Origin: Candidatus Marinacidobacterales bacterium
Lineage (GTDB): Bacteria; Acidobacteriota; Vicinamibacteria; Marinacidobacterales; SMYC01
Assembly (NCBI GenBank): GCA_965237955.1
Contig: OZ250169.1
Location: 5,376,001-5,440,000 of the forward strand
Direction of reading: 5' to 3'
DNA length: 64,000 bases
The notes under the pieces were generated by a model that saw only the letters and a list, made by a program, of their open reading frames with translations, made no database searches and was not told where the DNA came from. Positions 27,909 to 38,631 of the stretch are shown here, one piece after another; the stretch's first letter is position 1, and each line of letters opens with the position of its first letter. A program made the position numbers and the translations under genes.

Positions 27909-29974
27909 TTAGGGCTGATCGGTCGTGGCCGTGCCCGGTCCACCGTCGCGGTAGCGCTCGAACCAGGCGAGGATGTTCGCTACCTTCGCGATGAGCTGGC
28001 TCGGCCGCGCGACGATGTTGTGGGATGCTCCAGGGATGCGCACGAGGGCGGTGTCGACCCGGCGCAGCAGCAGCGCGTGGAAGAACTGCTCCGACTCCGA
28101 CAACGGTGTGCGCAAGTCCGCGTCGCCCGTCAGAAGAAGCGTCGGTGTCTCCACATTGCCCACCAGGGAGATGGGCGAGAACTTCATGTAGGTCTCGGGG
28201 TTCTCCCAGGGTGAGCCGGGGAAGCGATAGTTGTGGTAGCCGTAGTAGTTGTCCGCGACCAGAACCTTGCTGTACCAGTTGATGACCGGTTTGGCCGCTA
28301 CCGCGGCGGTGAAGCGGTTCGTCTTGCCCACGATCCAAGCCGTGAGGATTCCGCCCGCGCTCCCACCCGTGACGAACAGGTTGCGCTCGTCGATATATCC
28401 CTTGACGATCACCGCGTCGACACCCGAAATCACGTCGTCGTAATCCTCGCCCGGATAGTTGTGGTAGAGAAGATCGCCAAACTCTCCGCCGTAACTCGTG
28501 CTTCCGCGCGGGTTGGTGTACAGGACGACATAGCCCGCGCTGGCGTAGAGCTGTATCTCCGCGGAGAAACGATCGCCGTAGTTCGAGATGGGGCCGCCGT
28601 GGATCTCGAGAATCAGCGGGTACTTCTTCTGCGGCTCGAAGTCGGGCGGCTTGACGATCCAGCCTTGTATCTTCCGTCCGTCGAAGGATGAGTCGAACCA
28701 GATTTCTTCTACCGCCCCGACTGTCTTGTGCTCCAGCAGGTCGTCAGCGCGGTGAGCTGCTCGATGCGCGAACCACTGAGCGTTCCCAGCGCGACGTCGC
28801 CGGGCCGCTCCGGCCGCGTGAGCGTGAAAGTAAAAGCACCGTCGTCCGCCACAGAGAACGAGCCGCCACCGTACGGACGACCGTAAGAGGTACCGCCGAG
28901 ATCGTTTGCAAGAACTCGCACTTCACCATCCCGCGTGACGTGGGCGAGCTTCGTGTTGCCTTCGCTGTCGTACTTGAAGAACAGTCCGCGGCCGTCGCTC
29001 GACCAGGCCGGATTGGAAGCGCTTCTGTCGAGCGATTCGGTGAGACGACGTTTATTCGAGCCGTCGATGTTCATGATGTAGAGCTCGGTCACCTGATAGG
29101 TTCGGATCTTGTCGTCGTAGCTGAGGTAAGCGACGGTGTTCCCGTCCGGCGAGACCACCGGGCTGTGGTCGTGGCCGTTTCTGTCGGTCAGCGCCTGAAT
29201 CTCTCCGCTGTCGAGCGAGACCGCATAGATCTCCTAGTTTTTGAACTCGTACTCCCAGTCCTCGTTCCGGTTCGCCGAGAAGACGAGCGTCTTGCTGTCC
29301 GGTGTCCACGAGGGAGCGTTGCGATGGTGGAACTCGCCCGTCGTGACTTGCCTTGCTGTGCCTCCAGAGACGGGGATAACAAAGAAGTGATTGAATCCAT
29401 GGGGAAGATACCCGCTACCGTCCGCTCGGTTGCGGACTCGCTCGATGAGCTTGGGCGGATCGGCCCACTCGGCTCCCTTTGGTTTTGCCGGAAGCTTGGC
29501 GAGAGAAGGCTCCGGCTCGGGCACGAGCATGGAAAAGGCAATGTGCTTACCGTCCGGAGACCAGGTGATTTGCCAGGGCGATTCGAGCACCTGCGTCAAA
29601 ACCGCCGTTTGGCCCGTGTCCATCCAGCGCAGGAAAATCTGGGTCTTGCCTTCTTCTTGGGACAGGTAGGCGAGCATGGAGCCGTCGGGTGACCAGCGCG
29701 GTGAAGACTCACGACCGGAGCTAGTCGTCAGCTTGCGATGGTTGCTGCTGTCGGCGTCTACAATCCATAGCTCGTTTCGTCGACGGTCCTCCATGATATC
29801 CATCGAGTTGCGCTCGTAGACGACACGCTTTCCGTCGGGCGAGATTTGCGGATCCGAGGCAAACTCTAGCTGAAAAACGTCCATCATCTCGAAGTGGTTG
29901 GACTGTGCCAGGGCCACAGCCGTCCAAGCCAGAAACGCCGGCAGAAACGCAGACAACACGGATTTCGATTTCAT
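27909..29974 (-). pseudogene. S9-family (prolyl oligo/acylaminoacyl) peptidase, disrupted
   Basis: Signal peptide, PD40 repeats (ISPDG, WSPDG), IHGGP, GGSAGG nucleophile, D and H. In-frame TAG at 29234 and a frameshift near 28745. Confidence 0.9.
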
Positions 29975-30095
29975 CGCCAACCCCCAGGATTACGTATGGC
30001 GCGATTGTATACCCCCCCAAGACTCAAGACACGTACCACCCTTTTGTTTCGACGGGCGTTCCGCCAGTGTCTCACCCTCCACCAACTCCATCGCG

Positions 30096-30508
30096 GGTGC
30101 TTCCGCCATCAACTGTTGCTACGCTGCCAGAGGCATTTCCGGGTTCGTGGCGGCTGGCGGCCTGTGCGAGTTGGCGAACACCAGCGCGTCGCTTCACGAC
30201 AATAATGGCATCAGCGTCGACGCGAAGATTTCCCTGAATGTCAGCCGCCGTGTGGTAAGTCCAGCCTGCATCGCCGGAGTTCGGATCTCGCGCCCGAACC
30301 TCAGAGTTCCGTGCGGCCGGATGAAATTGTAATAGCAACGCAGCAACTCCAGGTGCTCTTCGAGCCTCTCCTTTGAGCGAGCGTGGCAGAGCGTTTTCCT
30401 CGCGAGATATGGTTTGCCGAATGGTCAGATTCAGGCGCTTGATGAACGAGGTGTTCAATGTCGAGGAGTGTTAGGGCCTGACCGCCAACAGTTCATCGCG
30501 GAAGCACC
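30096..30508 (-). mobile_element. Internally deleted IS1-like element (413 bp)
   Basis: IRs GGTGCTTCCGCCATCAACTGTTG / revcomp GGTGCTTCCGCGATGAACTGTTG; transposase C-terminus NTSFIKRLNLTIR...YYNFIRPH...TPAMQAGL. Confidence 0.75.
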
Positions 30509-30569
30509 GCCGGACTAATAATGATGAGCCACAACTTACAACTCAGCCGATCTGGTCACGGGACGGATC

Positions 30570-30807
30570 GTGTGCCGGTCTCTCACTCATGTGATGGCCG
30601 TCGAGGTGAGCTTCGGTCCACCGTTCGAGGTTTCGGCCCCAAAGCCGCTCGTCGAGGACACGTTCTGGAACGCCGCGGGTGGCACGTACTACGACGTCAT
30701 GCCTGACGGAAAGCTCGTCATGCTGGAGGCCGAAGGCGCGCGAGGGGGCTTACGTGAACGTCGTTGTCAATTGGTTCGAAGAGCTCGAAGCGCGCGTGCC
30801 GCGATGA
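30570..30807 (+). pseudogene. C-terminal fragment of a Ser/Thr kinase-beta-propeller protein
   Basis: MAVEV...PKPL...YYDVMPDG..LVM, then frameshifted VNVVVNWFEELEARVPR. Confidence 0.6.
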
Positions 30808-31401
30808 TCACACCGCAGCCCAGCGCTCGCGGATCCAGGCAGGACGATGCGCGATCGTGTTGCCTTTCGACAGCCGGTCGCGCAGGTAGCCGACGATGAA
30901 CTCGTCGAGCTGCTCCTCGGTGTCCTGGTCGAGCTCATGGAACCGTAGCCCCATTCCGCGCTGATCCACGCTTCGCCCGGCGGTCCACACGACGTCGACC
31001 GGTGTTTCGAAAAGGTGCTCGTAACTTCCGCCTAGATTCGGCATGTAGAGCGTCAGCGGATCTTCTGGCTCGAGTGCTACGTCGGAGCTCACGTACAGGC
31101 CCCCGCAGCTCATGTTCACCGAGCGCGCTGGAGCGTACGTGTCCCCGTGGCAGAAGAACACGTTCAACTCGGTAGGAATGCGCAACCGAGAACGGTTCTG
31201 GAGACGTGTCACGATCTCCTTGCGATCGAATCGATCGCCGCTCGGCACCTTGTTCGAAGCGCGAGAGATCAGGAGGTTATCGTAAAACCCCTTCAGCTCA
31301 TTCCAACGTTGTTCCGACTGAACAGGCAAGCTGCCCCAAGATTCGATCTTCGCTTGGTTCAGCTCGCAGAATTCTTGGACTAGATCGAGCTCGCTTCTCA
31401 T
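30808..31401 (-). CDS. PilZ-domain protein
   Basis: RSRLRIP (RxxxR), NMSCGGLYV ([D/N]xSxxG), VVW...GMGLRF; AAGGA RBS before ATG 31401. Confidence 0.8.
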   Translation of the reverse strand: MRSELDLVQEFCELNQAKIESWGSLPVQSEQRWNELKGFYDNLLISRASNKVPSGDRFDRKEIVTRLQNRSRLRIPTELNVFFCHGDTYAPARSVNMSCGGLYVSSDVALEPEDPLTLYMPNLGGSYEHLFETPVDVVWTAGRSVDQRGMGLRFHELDQDTEEQLDEFIVGYLRDRLSKGNTIAHRPAWIRERWAAV

Positions 31402-31499
31402 AGTCCTTAGATGGTCGCGCACGGCGAGAAAATGTGCGGTGATACAAGCTGTGGGCTTACGCCTATCGGTGGTTGGGGTCGGTTCCCCGCGGCGAGGGG

Positions 31500-31650
31500 T
31501 TAAAGCAACGCTGCCGCGGCTACGAACAGAAGCGTAGAAATCGATGCAACTACCAGAGCATAGGGGAGTTGCGTGTTCACATGGTCGATGTGGTCGGACC
31601 CTGCCGCGAGCGAAGCGACGAGGGTGGTGTCGGAGATCGGAACGCCGTTC
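31500..31650 (-). pseudogene. C-terminal fragment of an NhaC-family antiporter
   Basis: PISDTTLVASLAAGSDHIDHVNTQLPYA. Confidence 0.75.
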
Positions 31651-31933
31651 TCGCCGTCCTTCACGAGAACCACACCGCCGCCTCTTTCCGGGCTGCCGTG
31701 TGTCCAGGTTCCCGTGAGTGACTCCAACGAAGCCGCTGCCAGGATGCGAGTATGAACAGTAGCGCTGCCATTGGGTTCGATCTATTCCGGTTCAGCTTGT
31801 CTTTGGTCCTGACATAGTCGATGGTCCCCGTCAGGCTCCAATTCCATGATGCCGTATGGCGCGGAGAAACGCACTTGCAGATCTCGGAAGTTCGCGATTT
31901 ATCTTCTGCGATGCAACTCTCTGTCCAGACGTT

Positions 31934-34204
31934 TCAGTGAAGTGAACAGCGTTCCACCGGTTCGGTACCTGTTCGAAAGGCTTCTCTCTGCGGTTTCGGG
32001 CAGTTCGGTCCCGCTCGCTGGTTGGTCGAGGGGTCGATGTCTACGAAGGTGATGCCTTCTGGCGCCACGAAACGCTCTTTCTCCTTCCCCGACACTGCTG
32101 CTTTCATGAAGCGAGTCCAAATGGGGAGTGCGGCCTGCGAGCCGGTGAGGCCGAGCACGCGGTTGTCGTCGTAGCCGACCCAAACGGCGGCGAGGACGTC
32201 CGGTGTGTAGCCCACGAACCAGGCATCGCGGGTATCGTTGGTGGTGCCGGTTTTGCCGGCGGCTTGGGCGGTGAAACCTCGAGCTCGGATCTCCTTGGCG
32301 GTGCCGAAGCTCAAAACGCTACGCATCATGTCGGTGACGAGGTAGGCGCTTTCGGGTGAGGCGACCGGTCTCGATACCACCGGACGCTCGCCGATGGTCC
32401 CACCCGACGCGTCTTGAAGTGTCGTGTAAAACCGCGGCTCGACCCGCTTGCCGCCATTCGCCAGCACCGCGTACGCTGTTGCCAGCTCGAGCGGGGTGAC
32501 TTCAAAAGCGCCGAGAACTAGCGATGGGTAAGGTGAGAGCTCGCTCGACATTCCCATCGCGTTCCAGATGTCGACGACGTTGTCGAAGCCGACGTCTTGG
32601 CCGATGCGAGCCGTGGCGACGTTCAAGGACAGCGCGAGCGCGCGCCGGTAGCTGACGCGACCTTCGAAGCGGCGGCTGTAGTTCTGAGGGGTCCACGGCT
32701 TTCCGGCCTGGCGGAACGTCGTCGGCTCGTCGACCACCATCGTCGCGGGGGTTACGTTCGCCCGTTTCTCGAAGGCGGCGAGGTAGACGAACGGCTTGAA
32801 TGCGCTCCCGGGTTGGCGGTGCGCGTCGACGGCTCGATTGAACTGGCTGGCTCCGTAGCTCTTGGCGCCGACCAGGGCCAAGACGTCGCCGGTTTGCGGT
32901 GACAAAGCGACGAGCGCGGCTTGAGGAAGCTCGACGCCGTCCGAAATCTTGCCACGGATCTCCTCTAAACCTTCGACGACCGCTTGTTGGGCGCGATTTT
33001 GAAGATAATGGTCCATGGTCGAGTGCACTACGAGATCGCGCGTTTGCAGGTTGCGTGCGTCGTACTCTTCGAGAAGCTCACGAGTCAGCGCATCGACAAA
33101 ATAGGGCGCTTCGCCTCGGTCTATGGCGCCGTGGACGAGTCCGAGCGGTCGACTCGAAGCGTAGGTAGCGCTCGCTTCATCGAGAAAGCCCGCATCCACC
33201 ATCTGCCGGATCACGACGTTCCGGCGCTCGCGGGTTTGCTCGGGATAACGGAACGGAGAGCTCGCGTTGGGCGCGCGGATGATCGCAGCGAGGACCGCGC
33301 CCTCGGCGACGGTGACGTTGCCGACGTTCTTGCCGAAGAAGATCTGTGCTGCCTGTTCGACGCCGTTGATGCCGAACGAGCCGCGCTGACCGAGGTAGAC
33401 GTCGTTGAGGTAGAGCTCGAGAATCTCGTCCTTGCTCGCACGGCTTTCCCACAAAACCGCGAGGTAGGCCTCGAGAATTTTCCGTCGCCACGTACGCTCC
33501 GGGGTCAGGAAGTAGTTCTTTACGAGCTGCTGGGTGAGTGTGCTCGCGCCCTGGCGTAGCTCGCCGCTCAAGAGATCGGTCGCCAAGGCGCGTGCGATGC
33601 CGATCGGATCGAGTCCTGTGTGCGAGTAAAAGCGTCTGTCTTCCGTCGCGAGGATAGCGTTTTGCACGTGGGGCGGCACCTCGTGGAGGGGTACCCACCG
33701 CTGTTTGGAGCGGTTGGCGCCAAACAACGTCGTCACTGGCACGCGGCCGAACAGGATCCTCTCGAGGCTCACGTCGGAGCGCGACTCGCGTAGCGCCGAG
33801 ACCCACATCCCTTCGAACTCGACCACGACAGGAATCCGAAACTCACCGCGGCGGCGCACGTGCACACCGCCCTTGGCGACGGCAAACGTGGCGGGCTCGT
33901 CCTCGAGTGTTGCCCGCTGCCGGTAGCCGAGATCGTTCAGGAGGCTTATCAGCTCATCCCGAGAAAGGCGTTGTCCGCGCCGAAGCTCGAACGGCTTGGC
34001 GTAAACCGAGGCGGGACGTTCGGTGGACTCGCCTTGAAGCCGGGCGTCGACGAGCGCGGTGAACCGGAGTGTGTGGTAGATGAAGATCGCGGCGACGGCA
34101 AACAGGAACACCGACACAAGACTGAGAAGCCCGACGGCGATCTTGAGCCGACGGGGAGAGTATTTGCGGGGCTTTTTCTTGCGCCTGCTTTTCTTCTTAG
34201 CCAA
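31934..34204 (-). CDS. mrcB: Class A penicillin-binding protein (PBP1B-like)
   Basis: Basic N-terminus plus TM, UB2H-like region, EDRRFY, GASTLTQQLVKN, SAFK (SxxK), SLN, KTGT. Confidence 0.9.
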   Translation of the reverse strand: MAKKKSRRKKKPRKYSPRRLKIAVGLLSLVSVFLFAVAAIFIYHTLRFTALVDARLQGESTERPASVYAKPFELRRGQRLSRDELISLLNDLGYRQRATLEDEPATFAVAKGGVHVRRRGEFRIPVVVEFEGMWVSALRESRSDVSLERILFGRVPVTTLFGANRSKQRWVPLHEVPPHVQNAILATEDRRFYSHTGLDPIGIARALATDLLSGELRQGASTLTQQLVKNYFLTPERTWRRKILEAYLAVLWESRASKDEILELYLNDVYLGQRGSFGINGVEQAAQIFFGKNVGNVTVAEGAVLAAIIRAPNASSPFRYPEQTRERRNVVIRQMVDAGFLDEASATYASSRPLGLVHGAIDRGEAPYFVDALTRELLEEYDARNLQTRDLVVHSTMDHYLQNRAQQAVVEGLEEIRGKISDGVELPQAALVALSPQTGDVLALVGAKSYGASQFNRAVDAHRQPGSAFKPFVYLAAFEKRANVTPATMVVDEPTTFRQAGKPWTPQNYSRRFEGRVSYRRALALSLNVATARIGQDVGFDNVVDIWNAMGMSSELSPYPSLVLGAFEVTPLELATAYAVLANGGKRVEPRFYTTLQDASGGTIGERPVVSRPVASPESAYLVTDMMRSVLSFGTAKEIRARGFTAQAAGKTGTTNDTRDAWFVGYTPDVLAAVWVGYDDNRVLGLTGSQAALPIWTRFMKAAVSGKEKERFVAPEGITFVDIDPSTNQRAGPNCPKPQREAFRTGTEPVERCSLH

Positions 34205-34210
34205 AGCTCG

Positions 34211-35635
34211 TCAGAATTTGTAGACCTTCATCATGTTGGTGGCGCCGGGAAGCGTCGTGTGCCCGCACACGGTGACCACGACGTCGCCGTCCCCGACGAA
34301 GCCCCTTCGCTTCAAGAACTTCATCGCGAATTCCAACATCGCATCGGTGGTGTCGAAGTGCTCGGCGTGCATCGGGGTTACGCCCCAACGCATGGCGAGG
34401 CGACGGAAGACGCGATCGGAGGGCGTGAAGCCAAGGATGTGACTCTTGGGACGCGAATGGCTGACCAGGCGTACCGTGGAGCCCGATTCGGTGAAGGCGA
34501 CGATGTAGCGTGCGTCGAGCTCTTCGGCCGCCTGTCGCGCGGCGAGTGCAATGGCACGTGCGACGTCCGAGCTATGGAGGAGAGGAAAGTCAGCCGAGCG
34601 TCGGCGCATCGGGCTGTTGCCGATGTGGTTCTCGGTGTGCGCGGCGATGCGGGCCATGGTTTCCACGGCCTCCACCGGGTAGCTACCGCTTGCGGTCTCG
34701 GCGGACAGCATCAGTGCGTCGGTGCCATCGAGGATGGCGTTGGCGATGTCCGAAGCTTCGGCGCGCGTGGGGACGGGTTCATGAACCATCGATTCGAGCA
34801 TTTGCGTTGCGATGATGACGGGGCTCCCGCGCTGGTTTGCTTCCCGGATGATCTCTTTTTGAATCGTCGGTACCGTCTCAGGTGGGAGCTCGACGCCGAG
34901 ATCGCCCCGGGCGACCATGACACCGTCCGCCACTGCCAAAATCTCGCTCAAGTTCTCGACGGCTTTGGGGCGCTCGATTTTCGCGATGATGTGAAGGTCT
35001 TCCTGTCCGTTGTCTTTGAGGTGTTTGCGGAGATCCTCGATGTCTTGCTTGCGTTGCACGAACGACATCGCCATGAAGTCGACGTCCATCTCGATCCCGG
35101 TCAAGGCGTCGTGTCGATCTTTGTCGGTCAGGCTCGGCGTTGATATGAAGACACCGGGAAGATTGATCCCTTTGTTGGACTTCAACGTGGCGCCGTTGAC
35201 GACCTGGGTGATGACGTCTTCGTCGGTCACTTTCTCGACCAAAAGCTCGATGCGCCCGTCGTCGAGCACGATCCGATCGCCCTTCCCGACATCGTGGGGA
35301 AGCTGCTTGTAAGTCGTGGACACACGCTCGGCATCTCCTGGCACGTCGTTGATCGTCACCACGAACTTGGCGCCCGCCTCGAGCTTGACCCCGCCGCTTT
35401 GAGTAACTTTGCCGGTGCGAATCTTGGGGCCCGAAAGATCCTGAAGGCAAGCAACGGCCCGATCGAGTCGATTCGAGATTTCACGAACGTTCTGAATGTT
35501 CTCGCGATGCTCTTCGTGCGTTCCGTGTGAGAAGTTCAGCCGGGCGACGTCGATGCCGGCTTCGATGAGCTTCTCGATCATGCCGTCGCCGGAGGTTGCC
35601 GGTCCGAGCGTGGCTACGATTTTGGTCTTGCGCAT
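34211..35635 (-). CDS. pyk: Pyruvate kinase
   Basis: MRKTKIVATLGP, RLNFSHG, IAKIE, MVARGDLG, ATQMLESM, PTRAE. Confidence 0.96.
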   Translation of the reverse strand: MRKTKIVATLGPATSGDGMIEKLIEAGIDVARLNFSHGTHEEHRENIQNVREISNRLDRAVACLQDLSGPKIRTGKVTQSGGVKLEAGAKFVVTINDVPGDAERVSTTYKQLPHDVGKGDRIVLDDGRIELLVEKVTDEDVITQVVNGATLKSNKGINLPGVFISTPSLTDKDRHDALTGIEMDVDFMAMSFVQRKQDIEDLRKHLKDNGQEDLHIIAKIERPKAVENLSEILAVADGVMVARGDLGVELPPETVPTIQKEIIREANQRGSPVIIATQMLESMVHEPVPTRAEASDIANAILDGTDALMLSAETASGSYPVEAVETMARIAAHTENHIGNSPMRRRSADFPLLHSSDVARAIALAARQAAEELDARYIVAFTESGSTVRLVSHSRPKSHILGFTPSDRVFRRLAMRWGVTPMHAEHFDTTDAMLEFAMKFLKRRGFVGDGDVVVTVCGHTTLPGATNMMKVYKF

Positions 35636-35637
35636 GA

Positions 35638-36366
35638 TTAACCGAGCGGTGCTTTCGATTCTGTGGGTGTCGCCGGAGCGTGATCGAAGAAACGATACTT
35701 GAGTATCGTCGAGATGATCTTCCATCCGGCGAGAACGGTTCCTTTGACCGTTCCTGTGATTTTGGACTTGCCGATACGACGGTGATAGCTGACCGGGACT
35801 TCCGTTGCGCGCACGCCGGCTCGGGCCGCCTTCGCTTGCATCTCCGCGGTCCAACCGTAGTCGCGATCTCTCATGGAGAGCGCCATCAATGTTTGGTAGC
35901 GAATGGCACGAAAAGGCCCCATGTCGGTGAAATGATAGTCATACAGAAGGCGGATCATCCACGTGGCGAGCCAATTGCCCCAACGTGCCTGCGGGGCGAG
36001 GGCGCCCGGCTCGCGCGAGCCGAGTACTCGAGAGCCGATGACGAAATCGGCTTCGTCGTCGAGGATGGGTTTCACGAGCTCACGCATCTCGGACGGTCGA
36101 TCGCTGTAGTCGCCGTCGACGAAGACGACGATATCCGGCGGACTCTGTGCGAGAGCAGCGATCCCGGTGAGGCACGCCTGACCGTAACCGGCACGTGGCT
36201 CGCGGAGCACACTTGCGCCCGCTTCGCGAGCGACGTCGGCTGTCCGGTCACGGCTGCCGTTGTCGACGACGAAGACTTCGGCAATGAGATCGGCAGGGAT
36301 CTCCGCGAGCACCTTGGGAAGCGACTTCTCTTCGTCCAAGGCTGGAATGATGACTACGATGCGCAT
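35638..36366 (-). CDS. Glycosyltransferase family 2 (DPM1-like)
   Basis: IIPALDEE, VVDNGSRD, GYGQA, DGD, TDMGPFR. Confidence 0.9.
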   Translation of the reverse strand: MRIVVIIPALDEEKSLPKVLAEIPADLIAEVFVVDNGSRDRTADVAREAGASVLREPRAGYGQACLTGIAALAQSPPDIVVFVDGDYSDRPSEMRELVKPILDDEADFVIGSRVLGSREPGALAPQARWGNWLATWMIRLLYDYHFTDMGPFRAIRYQTLMALSMRDRDYGWTAEMQAKAARAGVRATEVPVSYHRRIGKSKITGTVKGTVLAGWKIISTILKYRFFDHAPATPTESKAPLG

Positions 36367-36408
36367 CAGACATCTCAGTATAGCCGAAATCGGTGATAGG
36401 CTTTGCGC

Positions 36409-36889
36409 ATGAGAGTTTTCTTCGCGGTTGTGAGCCTTTTCACAGCGGTTTTCGCGCACGGGGCGACGTTCGACCAGCGAGGACGACATCAGACACATCA
36501 TGCGGCAGGATTTCACGATGACGAGCTCCGATGGCGGGTTGGTGGCTATCGGCGAGGGAAAACCTCATCCGCGTTACTACGGTACGTTTCCCAGAAAGAT
36601 CGCCCGCTACGTTCTGGACTGCGGTGTGGTCAGCCTTCCGCATGCGATCCGCTCGATGACAAGCTTGCCCGCCACGGTGTTCGGGATCGCCGAGTGTGGT
36701 CAGCTCCGTCCGGGCGCGTGGGCGGACATCGTTGTGTTCGACCTCGAAGAGTTCCAAGACCGAGCCACTTACCAGGATCACCAACTTGCCGAGGGCGTTA
36801 CCCACGTGCTCGTCAATGGGAAGCTCAGCTGGGGGAAGCTCAGCGGGGCGGGTGTCCTCGCAGGACGAGTTTTACGCCCCGAAGAGTGA
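36409..36889 (+). pseudogene. N-acyl-D-amino-acid deacylase (D-aminoacylase), internally deleted
   Basis: Signal peptide MRVFFAVVSLFTAVFAHGATFD joined out of frame to the C-terminus SSDG...HPRYYGTFPR...ADIVVFD...VLVNG. Confidence 0.8.
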
Positions 36890-36949
36890 GCGTTAGTATT
36901 ATTGGTTCTCCTGTCGTTTCGGGGGATCTGATTTGTGTTGGAGGGCATG

Positions 36950-37261
36950 GCCTATGGACGCTGCCGCGATTGTGGAAAACGCCGGAAACTCCGGGCGAGA
37001 GAGGCGTTTAGGGAAAGGTTGTGAGCACGTACAAACGTGGAGCGGCGTTTTCCACAATCGCTTGGAAAACGCTTCGCGTTTCCCACGAGCGCCCACAGGC
37101 CCCTCCTGATATATATACAAGAAAGATTAATTCATATGGAATAAGGAAGGGGGGGCTCGATTAGTGGAGGCTATGGAAAACGCCCTTCCAGGCTTCGAAG
37201 AGAACTCAGTCGTGAGCAAGGTCTGAACGACCAGAACCGTGGGGGCGTTTCCCACAGCCTC
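36950..37261 (+). other. Structured non-coding leader of the ISL3 (two related stem-loop modules)
   Basis: Perfect 18-bp stem GCGATTGTGGAAAACGCC/GGCGTTTTCCACAATCGC, a TTCG hairpin and a closing stem; second module at 37167-37261. Confidence 0.55.
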
Positions 37262-37386
37262 GTCTCCCGCTGAGGGGCAGTGGCATTTGGTGAGGCCCGT
37301 GGGTTGAGAGGGTAAGCCATGTGTAGATGCGCATCGGCGAGAACGCTAGAATCTTTTTTCCCGAAAGAGAAAAGAGCGTTCCCGCG

Positions 37387-38607
37387 ATGCGCGTTACTAC
37401 GTTAGTCAACAAGCTCATCGGATTGCAAGGCCTGTGGGTCCGAGGTTTCCACTTCCAGGCGGACAAAGCCAGAGTGGTGGTGGATGTAGTACCACGGAGG
37501 AGGAAGCCTCTGTGCGGGATTTGCGGACGAAAGGTCCGCAAGAACAAAGATCGCTACAATCGCTACTGGCGGCACTTGGACCTGTTCGGAGTCCGGACCT
37601 ATCTTCGCTACTCGATCCGACGAGTGGTATGTCGGCGGTGTGGAGTGGTCAGAGAAAAGGTGCCTTGGGCCGACAAGGGAAGCCGCTTTACCAAAAGCTT
37701 CGAACAAGAGGTAGCGTGGCTGGCACAGAGGACGGACGTCAGCGCCGTAGCGAACTATTTCCGAGTGACGTGGCGTTCGGTGCGACGGATCATCCAGCGA
37801 GTGGTTGCCGAGCAGCGGGATGAGCGGCGCGAGCTCGATGGATTGCGGGTGATTGGGATGGACGAGATCAGCTACCGCAAACGCCACAAGTACTTAACAG
37901 TGGTAATAGACCATCTCAGCGGCCGGGTCGTCTGGGCGGGAAAGGAGCGCAAGGCCAAGACGCTGCTGCGGTTTTTCCGCAAGCTCGGACCACAAAGAGC
38001 CGCGGAGCTCGAAGCGGTCAGCATGGACATGTGGGAGCCGTACATAACTGTCGTCGGCAAAAAGGCTCCTCAGGCACGGGTGATCTTTGACCGCTTCCAC
38101 ATCGTCAAGCATCTGAACGAGGCCGTGGATAAGACCCGGCGCGAGCTGGTGCGCGAGCTCAAAGGGACTGCCCGGCGCAACCTCAAGAACACCAAGTTTC
38201 CCCTTCTCAAGGCCAAACACAACCGCAGCGCGAAAGACAAACGGGTGCTCCGCGAGCAGGTGCGAGCTAATCGTCGCCTCTACCGCGCCATGCTTCTGCG
38301 CGACGACTTCATGGACCTCTACACCTACAAAACCGAGACATGGGCCAAGAAGTTTCTCCGAGGATGGCTGCGGCGCGCTATGAGCTCGAGGATAGAGCCC
38401 GTCAAACGCGCGGCGAAGATGATCCGCAGCCACTTCGATGGCGTCATCGCGTGGGTCACGTGGAGACTCAGCAACGGCCGACTCGAAGGAATGAACAACA
38501 AAATCAGGCTGCTGAGCCACCGCAGCTTTGGACTCCACTCTGCCGAAGCTCTCATCAGTCTCGTCTACCTAAACTGTGGCGGTCTCACCCTCGAGAGGAT
38601 CCACTGA
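37387..38607 (+). CDS. ISL3 transposase
   Basis: Zn finger CGIC/CRRC, IGMDEISY, SMDMW, DRFH, EGMNNKIR. Confidence 0.95.
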   Translation: MRVTTLVNKLIGLQGLWVRGFHFQADKARVVVDVVPRRRKPLCGICGRKVRKNKDRYNRYWRHLDLFGVRTYLRYSIRRVVCRRCGVVREKVPWADKGSRFTKSFEQEVAWLAQRTDVSAVANYFRVTWRSVRRIIQRVVAEQRDERRELDGLRVIGMDEISYRKRHKYLTVVIDHLSGRVVWAGKERKAKTLLRFFRKLGPQRAAELEAVSMDMWEPYITVVGKKAPQARVIFDRFHIVKHLNEAVDKTRRELVRELKGTARRNLKNTKFPLLKAKHNRSAKDKRVLREQVRANRRLYRAMLLRDDFMDLYTYKTETWAKKFLRGWLRRAMSSRIEPVKRAAKMIRSHFDGVIAWVTWRLSNGRLEGMNNKIRLLSHRSFGLHSAEALISLVYLNCGGLTLERIH

Positions 38608-38631
38608 AATGGCAGGAGAGGCGTATTATTA

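Larger units (their letters stand above)
36904..38622 (+). mobile_element. ISL3-family insertion sequence with 8-bp TSD
   Basis: IRs GGTTCTCCTGTCGTTTCGGGGGAT / revcomp GCCTCTCCTGCCATTTCAGTGGAT; TSD GTATTATT at 36896-36903 and 38623-38630. Confidence 0.95.

Noticed and set aside
27735-27915. Further attC sites (CCCTAAC at the peptidase stop; CTATAAC near 27740)
   Set aside because: No matching R' box or paired L stem at a suitable distance.
29234-29236. Pyrrolysine or stop-codon readthrough in the S9 peptidase
   Set aside because: The same gene has a frameshift, TAG is a normal stop elsewhere in the window, and no pyl genes are present.
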